Source of the DNA: Acaryochloris marina MBIC11017 | GTDB taxonomy: Bacteria; Cyanobacteriota; Cyanobacteriia; Thermosynechococcales; Thermosynechococcaceae | Assembly (NCBI RefSeq): GCF_000018105.1 | Contig: NC_009925.1 | Coordinates: 2,220,001 to 2,252,000 of the forward strand | Length of the DNA stretch: 32,000 nt | Direction: 5' to 3' | Shown: positions 1 through 9,800 of the stretch, one piece after another | How the letters are laid out: each line of letters begins with the position of its first letter | Numbering within the stretch: the stretch's first letter is position 1 | Position numbers and translations under genes: made by a program | The notes under the pieces: generated by a model | Databases searched by the model: none | What the model was told of the DNA's origin: nothing | The model's input: the letters and a program-made list of their open reading frames with translations, nothing else

Positions 1-246
1 TCCGAGTTGCATCCATATATGCAATAGGAAAAAGTAAAGGGGGCGTGAGATTAAAAATTTTGATCTAATATTATTCGCATCGCGAATACTAAAAACCTCA
101 TCATTCCAGAGGCTTTCACTATCTAACTGATAGAAAAATAGAAAAATTGCAAGAAGAAAAACAAGGCCAAATGGCAGAAACTCTTGGATCGATTTATTGC
201 CACTAAACCTAGTGTCTAAGGATGTTTTTTGCATCGGTTTCTGCAT
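1..246 (-). CDS. Partial CDS (N-terminal ~78-82 aa, continues beyond left edge): ArnT/PMT_2-like membrane glycosyltransferase
   Basis: Not in the supplied ORF track because it runs off the edge. Hand translation of the minus strand from ATG 234 (in-frame ATG also at 246; in-frame stop at 253-255 bounds it) gives MQKTSLDTRFSGNKSIQEFLPFGLVFLLAIFLFFYQLDSESLWNDEVFSIRDANNIRSKFLISRPLYFFLLHIWMQLG. This is a TM helix followed by LWxDE..FS....RPLYFFLLHxWxxLG, which I associate with the N-termini of GT39/GT83-type glycosyltransferases. The region is AT-rich relative to the rest of the window. Confidence 0.5.
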   Translation of the reverse strand, partial: MQKPMQKTSLDTRFSGNKSIQEFLPFGLVFLLAIFLFFYQLDSESLWNDEVFSIRDANNIRSKFLISRPLYFFLLHIWMQLG

Positions 247-1021
247 CAGTAATCAATTGAACTGAAATCAGTGATTCAGTTGGCAATTTGCGGGTTGACT
301 GTAGGGGAAGAATTTATTTTGCTCCTAGACCATAATATCTAGCCATGTGTAGTTATGTCACGAAGACAAGTGTTTGCATCATGCTCTTTGCAAATCTGGA
401 TCATGGTAAAAGAAGCTGAATTAATATCGTCTAGTGTTGAAAAAACGAGCGTCTGATTATTTTTGATCTAGGAAAATCGCGTTCCAGTTTAGGTCTGTCA
501 GCCGGTGCCCATCCACTAAAAAAACATTCAGAAGCGTAGTAATGGGATCAAATTTACAGCCCATTTAGGCAGATCACTGGGCTGGAAACTGCCCTTCAAT
601 CAATCCTCCCTTCAAACCAGGCTCTCCTCAACCCGAATGATTCATGAGGGCTTCAAACACTGATTACAGGGACACTTCTAGAAACAAGCTGTATTTCAGG
701 CAGGTGATGCTTTTAATCCATTAGAAACGTGTTCGAGGAATTGCCCAAATAGTCATGAATAATCCAGGTTAGGACGACCAGAGGTAGCATCCAGGGCCGT
801 CCTCACCGCCGAACAGGAGGAGAGTCCCAGTAAAACGGAGGGGAAACGATTGAGTCTTCGAGAAGAGTAAATTCAGGAAATTTTGACTGCTCTGGTCTTA
901 GCAACGCCACAGGGCAGGATTATGCAGCCCTTGTTTAAGCAGGGTTTAAGATACCCTCGCCTGTGCCCAACTCCCCGTTGCCGGAGCAGAGGGTTGAGAC
1001 GGTTGATTCTTGGACGCCTAG

Positions 1022-1342
1022 CTACTCATCTTGAGAGTAGATAGAAACACCATAAACAGCAAAGCTACCATAGACAAAGGCAGGCATGATTAAAACCGCC
1101 CACCATTTTCCCAATAGCCACCAGTCATTAATGGGGGTATGAGGTTCAATATTGCTGGCAATTAGGAAGCCTAAGGCCGTTGCACAGCCACCGATCACAT
1201 GGATATAAAGGGGACATTTAAAACCTGACTGTTGCCAGAGAAACAGGCCACAGAATAGAACCAATACTAGGATGCCAACTTCAAGAGGAGTCACGTTCGT
1301 CCCTTTATGCTTCGTTCTTAGATTTCCCGCTCTGAGAAGCAA
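1022..1342 (-). CDS. Small hypothetical integral membrane protein (~90-106 aa, about 3 TM segments)
   Basis: ORF-track entry. Hydrophobic stretches include ILVLVLFCGLFLW, IGGCATALGFLIA and WWAVLIMPAFVYGSFAVYGV. The track start at 1342 is a TTG. The only other candidate is a GTG 16 codons in, so the start is uncertain. No family recognised. Confidence 0.4.
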   Translation of the reverse strand: MLLRAGNLRTKHKGTNVTPLEVGILVLVLFCGLFLWQQSGFKCPLYIHVIGGCATALGFLIASNIEPHTPINDWWLLGKWWAVLIMPAFVYGSFAVYGVSIYSQDE

Positions 1343-1507
1343 CCTATCATAAACTGTTGCCAGGCACAGGCCGTGGTCCTAGTCACCACTGCCAAAAAGA
1401 ATCGCGATCAAAAAAATAGACCGATACTTGCTCCCCTGGAAAGGAAGGTCAGCATCAGTCTGGCGTGAGGTTTAGTGTGCTTAGGTAAAGATCTCAGGGG
1501 ATAGTGC

Positions 1508-2236
1508 TTAGTCGATTTTTAGATCTTTTTTTAACCGCAAATCCAGGTCGCGATCGGGATAGATGACTACGAGGTTGCGATCGCGTCTGGTATCAAAATC
1601 GTCATTGCGGCTATCGAAGTCATCATCTCGTCTACGATCGCCCAAAATCGTCGCTAAGACATCTCTGACGCCTTCGGAGGTTTTTGTGCGGCGAGAGGCA
1701 ACCCGGCGATTGGGATAAATAACCTCAGAGAACGCATCCAGATTGTAACGACGACCATTGGGTAAAACAATCCGCTTGGCGTCATACTGAATCCCCCCAT
1801 CTCGGGAACGCAGGCGACCTTCAATGCGGCTATTACGGGGAATAATCACCCGGTCCGTATCGTCTGCCCGAATATCGTTCTCGATGTAGAGGGTCAGATC
1901 TCGATTATCATTTTTGCGCATCACGATGCGATAGCGATTCTTGGCCGAGGTTCGTATCGTTTTGCCTTCATACAGGCGACCTTTATTAAACCGAAAGCGA
2001 TCGCTGCGGCGATCTCGCCGATCATCAAACCGATCATCGTCATCGAACCGGTCATCATCCACTTTGCAAAAGTAGCCCCGGCGCTCCCGCTTGCACTCGT
2101 AACCCCACCGTTCTGCCGCTTCAGGGAAGGAGCGAGGTCGCCGAAACTGGGCGTGGGCCGCGTCGATGCCCAATCCTGAGCCCATCAAGACCAAAGAGGC
2201 CAGGGTTGTAGGTAGGAGTCTGATTTTAGATTTCAT
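1508..2236 (-). CDS. Secreted hypothetical protein with Arg/Asp charge-cluster regions
   Basis: The track ORF 1508..2245 starts at a GTG. The ATG at 2236 gives MKSKIRLLPTTLASLVLMGSGLGIDAAHA-Q, a typical Sec signal peptide with an AHA cleavage site. The mature protein has DDDRFDDDDRFDDRRDRRSDRFRF near the N-terminus and RRRDDDFDSRNDDFDTRRDR near the C-terminus. No family recognised. Confidence 0.6.
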   Translation of the reverse strand: MKSKIRLLPTTLASLVLMGSGLGIDAAHAQFRRPRSFPEAAERWGYECKRERRGYFCKVDDDRFDDDDRFDDRRDRRSDRFRFNKGRLYEGKTIRTSAKNRYRIVMRKNDNRDLTLYIENDIRADDTDRVIIPRNSRIEGRLRSRDGGIQYDAKRIVLPNGRRYNLDAFSEVIYPNRRVASRRTKTSEGVRDVLATILGDRRRDDDFDSRNDDFDTRRDRNLVVIYPDRDLDLRLKKDLKID

Positions 2237-2347
2237 AAGTATCACTGCCTTACAAGGAGTTCAGAGAGATTCAACAACCGATTGGTACATCCTCTGACGC
2301 CCCAGAAATCTAAATAGTTTCTGATGGGCAAGTGATTCGCCCTTCCC

Positions 2348-3736
2348 TTAGAGCGATACGGCGGTATCAGCCGCTGTGGTTTGACGGTAATAGCTGGCGA
2401 CGATGGCTACCGTTAACCACCACAGGGTATTGATTTCAGGGCGATACCAAACGGTATCCACAAACCCGTGCATTAACATACCGATGATGGATGCGATCGC
2501 ACCCACTAACCACCAAACATCCTGGCTTTGGAGCTGACGTAGCTTGTGAAACTGCACCCAGGTTTGCTGAAAAATCAGGGCGAGAAGCCACATTAAACTG
2601 GCAAACCCAACCACCCCGGTCTCCACCAAGGTTTCTAAATAAATGGAATAGGCACTCAGGGCAGTGTAATTGGGTCGTTGAAATAGGGGGTAAATCTGGT
2701 TAAAGGCCACATTACCCGGGCCAATCCCCAACACGGGACGTTTTCGGATCATATCCTGCACCCCGGCCCAGACATTCAGTCGAAAGCTATTGCTACTATC
2801 TTCATGACCGGAGAAGGCGCTCAAGGCTCGGTTACGGAGAGGAGCCACAAATAAAATCCCTAAGGCGACTGCGCCCACAATCGTGCCAATGGTGAGGGGA
2901 AATACCCAAATCTGCCACAACTGCGGTAAGCGGGGCAGTATCCAATAGAGCACCATCATGGCCATCACAAAAATCGCCAGGACTAAACCAATCCAAGCCC
3001 CTCGGCAGCCCGTCCAGTACATACAGGCACAGTGAACCAGCAGCATCGTCCCGGCCAAGAGCTTCGCACCCCAACGCTGCCAAGCCACCACGGCACAGAT
3101 GCTAAAGAGGATGGCGGGCAGAATATAGGCTGCCAGCAGGTTGGGATTGCCCAAATAGCTGTAGACTCTGACCTCATCGGCGGTGGTGGAATTGGGATCT
3201 ACCCAAGTAGCTAAGGCCTCTGCCCCAAAGAATTTTTGCCGCACCCCATAAATAGACACAATGATCGCTGTATGCAGATAGACGGCGATCAGCCAGGAGC
3301 GTAGTCGAGGCGACCGCACCACCCGCTCTGCCAGAACAAAGACAAATACATACAGGGTCATTTTGACCAACCCAGAGACCGCTGCCAACTTCACCGGCGA
3401 TAGGGCTGTAGCCATCACCGTAATCCCCCAAAACAAAAACACGAGTAGATAAATCGGGGAAAATCGATGGGGTTTCAGGTCATCCGAAAGGGTCAACAAC
3501 AGCCAATAACAGCCACAAGCCATTGCCAATAATCCCGTCAGGCTATTAGGGACAAAGGGAGCCAAGGTAAAAACCGCCGTCAGCAAGACTGCACCAATTT
3601 CCTGGTGCCAGTTCAGCAGCCAACTCCCCTGCCGCCACTGGCGAAGGAAGGCAAGCAGTCGCCAGAACAGACTGCCTTGTCGCCATTGCAGGGATTGGAT
3701 GTTGTTCAAGGTCAATGTCTGCCAAATGGTATGCAT
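2348..3736 (-). CDS. ictB: IctB-family polytopic membrane protein (O-antigen ligase/Wzy_C-like; the 'putative bicarbonate transporter' of cyanobacteria)
   Basis: 462 aa, about 10 TM segments. It is collinear with my memory of Synechococcus PCC 7942 IctB: N-terminal WQTLT..., RVYSYLGNPNLLAAY, EDSSNSFRLNVW, GIGPGNVAFNQIYP, TALSAYS, HGFVDTVWYRPE..TLWW. ATG at 3736. Confidence 0.85.
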   Translation of the reverse strand: MHTIWQTLTLNNIQSLQWRQGSLFWRLLAFLRQWRQGSWLLNWHQEIGAVLLTAVFTLAPFVPNSLTGLLAMACGCYWLLLTLSDDLKPHRFSPIYLLVFLFWGITVMATALSPVKLAAVSGLVKMTLYVFVFVLAERVVRSPRLRSWLIAVYLHTAIIVSIYGVRQKFFGAEALATWVDPNSTTADEVRVYSYLGNPNLLAAYILPAILFSICAVVAWQRWGAKLLAGTMLLVHCACMYWTGCRGAWIGLVLAIFVMAMMVLYWILPRLPQLWQIWVFPLTIGTIVGAVALGILFVAPLRNRALSAFSGHEDSSNSFRLNVWAGVQDMIRKRPVLGIGPGNVAFNQIYPLFQRPNYTALSAYSIYLETLVETGVVGFASLMWLLALIFQQTWVQFHKLRQLQSQDVWWLVGAIASIIGMLMHGFVDTVWYRPEINTLWWLTVAIVASYYRQTTAADTAVSL

Positions 3737-3741
3737 AAGAG

Positions 3742-4425
3742 TTACTGTGTCAGACCGTTCTCCAAGGCAAAGCGTACCAGTTCTGTCCGGCTATTGGTGC
3801 CCGTTTTACTAAAAAGTCGGCTGACATATTTTTCGACGTTGCGGACGCTGGTTTCTAAGCGACGGGCAATCTCTTTGTTCATGAGCCCGACCGCCACCAG
3901 GTCCAAGACACTTTGTTCGCGGGGGGTAAAGTCAATTTTTACGGTGGGGGTATTTTGGGTGGGTAAAGGAGCGCGGTTCATCAAGATGGCTCGAATTTCG
4001 GCCACCTGATTGGCTAGATCGGCAATATCAGTGGTGGCGTTAGCGTCTTTGGCTTCTTTACGGGTCAACAGATTGGTGACGATGGCGACCAGTTCGTCCG
4101 GGTCAAAGGGTTTGGAGAGATAGGCATCCACTCCAGCGTTATAGCCTTCAATCCGATCTTTGGTCATGCCACGGGCGGTTAAAAATACGATGGGCAATCG
4201 CATAAACCGAGGATCTTCCCGCAGTTGGGCTAGGAATTGGTAGCCATCGACTTCGGGCATCATAATATCGGAAATCACCAGGTCGGGAATGCGCTGTTGC
4301 AGCAGCTCCCATCCAGCTTTGGCATTACTAGCAACATCGACGGTAAAGCCGCTGTCTTCGAGGTAGGCTTGCACGGCTTCCCGCAATCCTGGCTCATCGT
4401 CTACCAATAGTAAATGCCCGGTCAT
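3742..4425 (-). CDS. NarL/FixJ-type two-component response regulator (REC + LuxR HTH)
   Basis: The receiver domain has LLLVDDEPG, the phospho-acceptor context VISDIMMPEVDG, and LSKPF. The C-terminus TPREQSVLDLVAVGLMNKEIARRLETSVRNVEKYVSRLFSKTG is a LuxR-type HTH. ATG at 4425. The stop lies 5 nt before the ictB ATG. Confidence 0.9.
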   Translation of the reverse strand: MTGHLLLVDDEPGLREAVQAYLEDSGFTVDVASNAKAGWELLQQRIPDLVISDIMMPEVDGYQFLAQLREDPRFMRLPIVFLTARGMTKDRIEGYNAGVDAYLSKPFDPDELVAIVTNLLTRKEAKDANATTDIADLANQVAEIRAILMNRAPLPTQNTPTVKIDFTPREQSVLDLVAVGLMNKEIARRLETSVRNVEKYVSRLFSKTGTNSRTELVRFALENGLTQ

Positions 4426-4521
4426 AGAATTTCCGTCTAATGAGTACTACTAGCTTCAGTTTACCGCCCGAATCTGTCAGTATGAGGGGTGAATTGCCGA
4501 ATGAGGGATTGAGGTAGGCCG

Positions 4522-4926
4522 ATGCGGTTAGAGTTTGTACCAGTAGAAGAGTTTTACTTTGCGATTACGCTCTGTGTGCGGGTGCTGACGGAAATTGAAA
4601 ATCCTGAGTTGGTGGCTCAGATGCAGGAGAAATTGGCGACTACGTTGGGTCAGTCTTCGACGGTGGCGGCGGCTCAGCAGAATAGTTTTAATTATGTGTT
4701 TCGAGTGTATGAGGTGGATTGTGCTCCGGCAGAGGAGTTGATTGTGTCGATTGCGGATTGGGGGGAGGCGTTGCGATTGAGTAGTGATTTTGGCTGGATG
4801 TTGGATGAGAATCGCAAGCCAAAGCGGACGGAGAAGTTTGGACAGCGGGATGCGTTTTTGCAGCAGTTGAAGGCTAAGTTGCAAGAGGAATTTCAGGTTG
4901 TCTTAAATGAGCCGACTCCGCTCTAG
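4522..4926 (+). CDS. Hypothetical acidic 134-aa protein
   Basis: ATG 4522 is preceded by GAGG at 4511-4514. The amino-acid composition is balanced. The nearly coextensive antisense ORF (4528..4884) is L/R/H/Q-rich and looks like an antisense artefact. No family recognised. Confidence 0.55.
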   Translation: MRLEFVPVEEFYFAITLCVRVLTEIENPELVAQMQEKLATTLGQSSTVAAAQQNSFNYVFRVYEVDCAPAEELIVSIADWGEALRLSSDFGWMLDENRKPKRTEKFGQRDAFLQQLKAKLQEEFQVVLNEPTPL

Positions 4927-5115
4927 GTAAATTAGATTAGGGGACCAAAACATGGATAGGGCATGGCTTGAACGTAAGGAGATGAAATTTCTAGTGGCCC
5001 TAGCAAGAACTGCAATGGCTACTCGAAGAAGATCGTCCTAGCAGATCAACAGCAATTGACCTCATCCTACAAACCCTTGCTTTAGTATGGTGAAGATCGT
5101 TTCCACTGCTGACTG

Positions 5116-6420
5116 ATGGCAGTCAAAACTAAAACAAACATCACCCTCACCGAGCATCAACAGACTGCCCTGGATCAGCTCCACAACTTTCTGGATAGTC
5201 CCGAACGGCTGTTTGTCCTAGAAGGGTATGCAGGCACGGGCAAGACTACCCTGCTGCAAGCTTTTGTCTCTCAGCTCAAAGAGCGGGGAGATCGCCGAGA
5301 TATTGTTTTTAGTGCTTTTACCAACAAAGCCACCAAAGTCCTGCACCAAATGGTGTCCTCGTGGGGATTGAGCGTCGAATGCCTGACCTGCTGTCAGCTC
5401 CTAGGGTTACGCCCGCAGATTAATCCCGAAACAGGAGAGCAAGAGTTTGTCCTCGATCCCAATGAGGAAAGCTCCTTTGGCAAATTTGCCCTAGTGGTGG
5501 TTGACGAATGTTCCATGGTCAACCGCAATCTGTGGGAGCTATTGCAAACGGAACTATATGCGTTTCACCTCACCACTCAGCTTTTATTTGTAGGCGATTC
5601 CGCCCAGCTTCCTCCGATTAATGAACCGACTTCCCAAACCTTTGTTGAAATTGCCAACAAAGCCCAGCTGACCGAAGTCGTGCGTTATGGCAGCTCCATT
5701 GGCGTCTTGGCAGAATCCGTCCGCTGCCATTTAGACACCTACAGACTCCCTACCTTTCAGACCGACCTCAACGAAGATAAAACCGAAGGCACCGTCGTTC
5801 TGCGCCAATCCGACTGGACAAAACAACTCCTCCGAGCCTTTACTAGTGAAAAAGGTCAGGAAGATTCGGATTATGTCCGGGCCTTAGCCTATACCAACAA
5901 GCAGGTCGCCAGTCTCAATCAACAAATTCGCAATGCCATTTTTGGTGCAGAGGCGTGCCGCTTTGTCCCAGGAGAACGGCTGATTGCCATGGGGCCAGTC
6001 TTTCGGCGCAAAGATGAAATTGTGATGCAAACCTCTTCCGAATGCTGGGTGGAAGACGCTTACGAAGACGATTCTTCTGGCTGGCAGGTCTGGCGACTCT
6101 TTGTGGTCACCGATGCCAACTTTGATGTCGAGGTCACGGTTTTGCATGAGTCTGAACACCAACGGTTTCAAAAAGAACTCAAGCGCTTAGCAGAAGGTAA
6201 GCAATGGCAAGATTTTTGGCTGCTCAAGCAACAGCGATTTGCCAACTTAAACTATAGCTATGCATTAACCGTGCATAAGTCCCAAGGCTCCACCTTTCAG
6301 AATGTCTTCGTTGACCTGCCCAACCTCATGCGCAACAGCAATATTCGCGAACGCAACCAGCTACTTTATGTCGCCGTTACCCGAGCCGCCAAACGGCTGT
6401 TTGTTTGCAAAGCCCGCTAA
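5116..6420 (+). CDS. SF1B DNA helicase, Dda/RecD/Pif1-like (AAA_30 + UvrD_C_2 architecture)
   Basis: Motifs present: Walker A GYAGTGKTT, motif II VVVDECSMV, motif III VGDSAQLPPI, motif V/VI LTVHKSQGSTFQNVFV and LYVAVTRAAKRLFV. At 434 aa it is essentially the size of phage T4 Dda. Confidence 0.85.
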   Translation: MAVKTKTNITLTEHQQTALDQLHNFLDSPERLFVLEGYAGTGKTTLLQAFVSQLKERGDRRDIVFSAFTNKATKVLHQMVSSWGLSVECLTCCQLLGLRPQINPETGEQEFVLDPNEESSFGKFALVVVDECSMVNRNLWELLQTELYAFHLTTQLLFVGDSAQLPPINEPTSQTFVEIANKAQLTEVVRYGSSIGVLAESVRCHLDTYRLPTFQTDLNEDKTEGTVVLRQSDWTKQLLRAFTSEKGQEDSDYVRALAYTNKQVASLNQQIRNAIFGAEACRFVPGERLIAMGPVFRRKDEIVMQTSSECWVEDAYEDDSSGWQVWRLFVVTDANFDVEVTVLHESEHQRFQKELKRLAEGKQWQDFWLLKQQRFANLNYSYALTVHKSQGSTFQNVFVDLPNLMRNSNIRERNQLLYVAVTRAAKRLFVCKAR

Positions 6421-6807
6421 TCTATGCCCAGAGAGGATTACAAGGGTTATACGAACCTTTTTTGCAACTGATTTGAAACTTCTACAGAAGTTATACAAGT
6501 ACAACTTGTGGTTGAACACTATCTCAACCCTCGCCTTGTAATACTAATGATGTGGAGAAAAAACAAACCCCTCCAAACCAACCCTTAAACCCAGCATCAT
6601 CCAGTGAACACTCCTACACTACTCACCCCACAACCCCAGGCAGACCGGATGATGCCTCTAGTGATGTCCCACCCATCACCTTCCCAAGAAAATACCCCGA
6701 CTGCAAAAGCAATCGAGGTACGACAGACACATGATGGGAACACAACAACGTTTCAGGTCCAAGCCAAAGAAAAAGGCAACTGAAACCAAAAAGAAGGGAA
6801 AGAAAAA

Positions 6808-9800
6808 TTAAAAAGCAACAACTGGGCTAGCGTAATAGAAAGAAGAATCAGTCAAAGAAAGCTGAGAAACGCCAGAAATAGTTGCAATTAACTCATCCGA
6901 ACCACCCACTTGACCATCTTGGTTGGTATCTAGATAAAGATTGACGCCTTGAGCAGTGGATCCTAATACATAATCAGAAGCGGATCCGGCAAGCTGAATC
7001 TTGTCTTCTTGGGTATTGAAGTCAGTAATCATGGCAAAGTCATACGTACCTGCCGACTGGTCGTCACCATCGTTATAGAAGGCCACGGCATTACCGAGGA
7101 TAAAGTGGTCTTCCCCCGCACCACCGGTTAGCACATCTACAGATCCTTGGCCAAAACCAGCGTTGGGATCGACACCGACTAAAATATCGTTACCAGCTCC
7201 ACCAATCAGGGTGTCATTACCGAAGCCACCTTCCAAGATGTCATTACCTTGGTTGCCGGACAAACGGTCGTTACCATTGTTGCCGAGGACAATATCATCG
7301 CCTTCGCCACCAAAAAGTAGATCATTACGAGTTGCAGAGACCGATTCAAAGACAGTAACGTCGTCTAAGTAACCGCCTAAGCTATCGTCTTTACCTGCTG
7401 CTCTAAATTCCAGAGCTGTCGTCTCACCTTCACCTGCTTCAACAGTGTAAGTATAGGTTTTCCAAGCTTCAGTCTTGCTAGCGCCAGTGATGGTATCGAG
7501 AAGTTCGCCATTCCAGTAAACTTCGATGGGGTTACTAGTTTCAGCCACACCTGGACGAGGCGTATAAGCAAAGGAGATTTCGTAGGTTTTACCGGCTTCT
7601 GTGTCTAGGTTTTGCATCATGCCACTGTTATTGTGGCTATCTAATTCGATGCGGGCTTTGCCATCGTCAGCTTTACCAAACTGCTGAACTTCAATGCCTT
7701 TACCTTGAGTCGTCGTCCAACCCTCAACAGAGCCAAAGACACCCCAGTTACGATTGCCCAGCTGATTGTCTTCAAAGCTACCGTTCGCGACTAAGTTACG
7801 AGGCGCAATGACGTCTTCTGCACCACCATCAATGATGTCGTTGCCCGTGCCACCGTAAATCGTATCGTTACCAGCACCACCGTTAAGGATGTCATGACCG
7901 GCATCACCGTACAAGCGATCAGCACCTTCGTTGCCGACAATGATGTCTTCGCCTTCGCCACCGTAGAGTCTGTCTCTACCAGCGCCACCGAGAACCACAT
8001 CGTTGCCGGTGCCGCCGTAAATCAAGTCGCGACCTTCGTCTCCACTTAAGACATCATGACCGGCTTCACCGTAGAGACTATCGTTGCCTGTCCCACCAGA
8101 CACCCAATAGTCATCACCAGCACCGCCAATCAATTTGTCATGGCCCGCCTCACCTTCGAGAATATCGTGACCGTCTTGACCAAGCAGAGTGTCATTACCA
8201 GTGCCACCCTTGAGGACGTCATGGCCTGCTCCGCCATCCACTAGGTCTCGGCCTGCGCCACCTTCTGCATAGTCGTCGCCTTCGCCGGCATATAAGGTGT
8301 CACGACCTTCGTCTCCGAAGAGGGCGTCATTGTCTAGCCCCCCTTCAATATAGTCACGACCCCTACCACCGCTCAGAACATCATGACCGACCTCACCATA
8401 AAGACTATCGTTGCCTGTCCCACCAGACACCCAGTAGTCATCTCCAGCACCGCCAATCAATTTGTCATGACCAGCCTCACCTTCTAAGACATCAGCACCA
8501 TCTTGACCAAGAAGCGTATCGTTACCTGTCCCACCTTTAAGGACGTCATGGCCAGCACCACCATCAATCAGATCACTGCCTTTGCCACCTTCAGCGTAGT
8601 CTTCACCGTCACCAGCTAATAAGGTATCTTTGCCCTCATTCCCAAAGAGAGCATCGTTGCCAATTCCGCCTTCGATATAGTCACGGCCTTTGCCACCACT
8701 CAAGACATCATCGCCAGCTTCACCATAGAGACTATCGTTGCCTGTGCCACCGGATATCCAGCCATCACTACCGGCTCCACCGATCAATTCGTCGTGGCCA
8801 GCTCCGCCTTCTAGGACATCATTGCCGTCTTGGCCGAGGAGGGTATCATTACCCGTGCCACCCTTGAGAACGTCATGGCCTGCGCCGCCATCCACCAGGT
8901 CTCGGCCTGCGCCACCTTCTGCATAGTCGTCGCCTTCGCCAGCGTATAAGGTGTCACGACCTTCGTCTCCGAAGAGAGCGTCATTGTCGAGCCCCCCTTC
9001 GATGTAATCACGGCCTTTGCCACCGCTCAGAACATCATGACCCGCTTCACCGTAGAGACTATCGTTACCTGTCCCACCAGATACCCAATAGTCATCGCCA
9101 GCACCGCCAATCAATTTGTCGTGGCCCGCTTCACCTTCTAAGACATCAGCGCCTTCTTGGCCTAAAAGAGTGTCATTACCAGTGCCACCTTTAAGAACAT
9201 CATGGCCAGCACCACCGTCAATCAGGTCACTGCCTTTGCCACCTTCAGCGTAGTCTTCACCTTCTCCGGCATAGAGAGTGTCTTTACCTTCATCACCAAA
9301 GAGGGCGTCGTTGCCAATTCCACCTTCGAGATAATCACGGCCTTTGCCACCGCTTAAGACATCATCGCCAGCTTCGCCATAGAGACTATCGTTGCCTGTG
9401 CCACCAGACACCCAGTAGTCATCACCAGAGCCACCGATCAATTCATCATGACCAGCCTCACCTTCAAGAATATCGTGACCATCTTGCCCTAGGAGGGTGT
9501 CATTACCGCTGCCACCTTTGATGTGGTCATGGCCTGCACCACCATCTACTAAATCGCGACCACTACCACCTTCGGCATAATCTTCACCGTCACCACCGAG
9601 GAGGGTATCATGCCCTTGGTTCCCTTGGAGATTGTCGTTATCAGCGCCGCCTTCGATATAGTCACGGCCTTTGCCACCGGTTAAAAAGTCGTTACCCGCC
9701 TCACCATAAAGGCTGTCATTACCCGTCCCACCAGAGACAAAATAATCGTCGCCAGCGCCACCAATGAGTTCATCATGGCCCGCTTCGCCTTCGATAATGT

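Noticed and set aside
770-880. GC-richer segment with AGGACG...CGTCCT stem and GGAGGAGAGTCCC / ACGGAGGGGAAACG strings, considered as a riboswitch or RNase P/6S-like RNA
   Set aside because: It does not match any conserved core I can recall, such as the RNase P GAGGAAAGTCC, SRP, tmRNA, or the glutamine, guanidine or cobalamin motifs. No gene lies downstream in a suitable orientation.
2491-4009. Small ORFs inside or opposite ictB and the response regulator (2491..2703, 2832..3083, 2983..3177, 3032..3214, 3174..3431, 3605..4009)
   Set aside because: They are nested in two confidently assigned genes and have no independent support.
4528-4884. 118-aa minus-strand ORF almost coextensive with the 134-aa plus-strand ORF
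   Set aside because: The product is extremely rich in L/R/H/Q (LLSRRHRRRLTQRSRQ...). It has no SD, whereas the plus-strand ORF has GAGG-N7-ATG and a normal composition.
4952-5041. 29-aa ORF (MDRAWLERKEMKFLVALARTAMATRRRSS) between the 134-aa ORF and the helicase
   Set aside because: It is too short, has no convincing SD and has no recognisable features.
6552-6734. 60-aa ORF (MEKKQTPPNQPLNP...) in the helicase/RTX convergent gap
   Set aside because: It has a GTG start and no SD. The product is a Pro/Thr/Ser low-complexity string that simply reflects the C/A-rich, G-depleted DNA tract.
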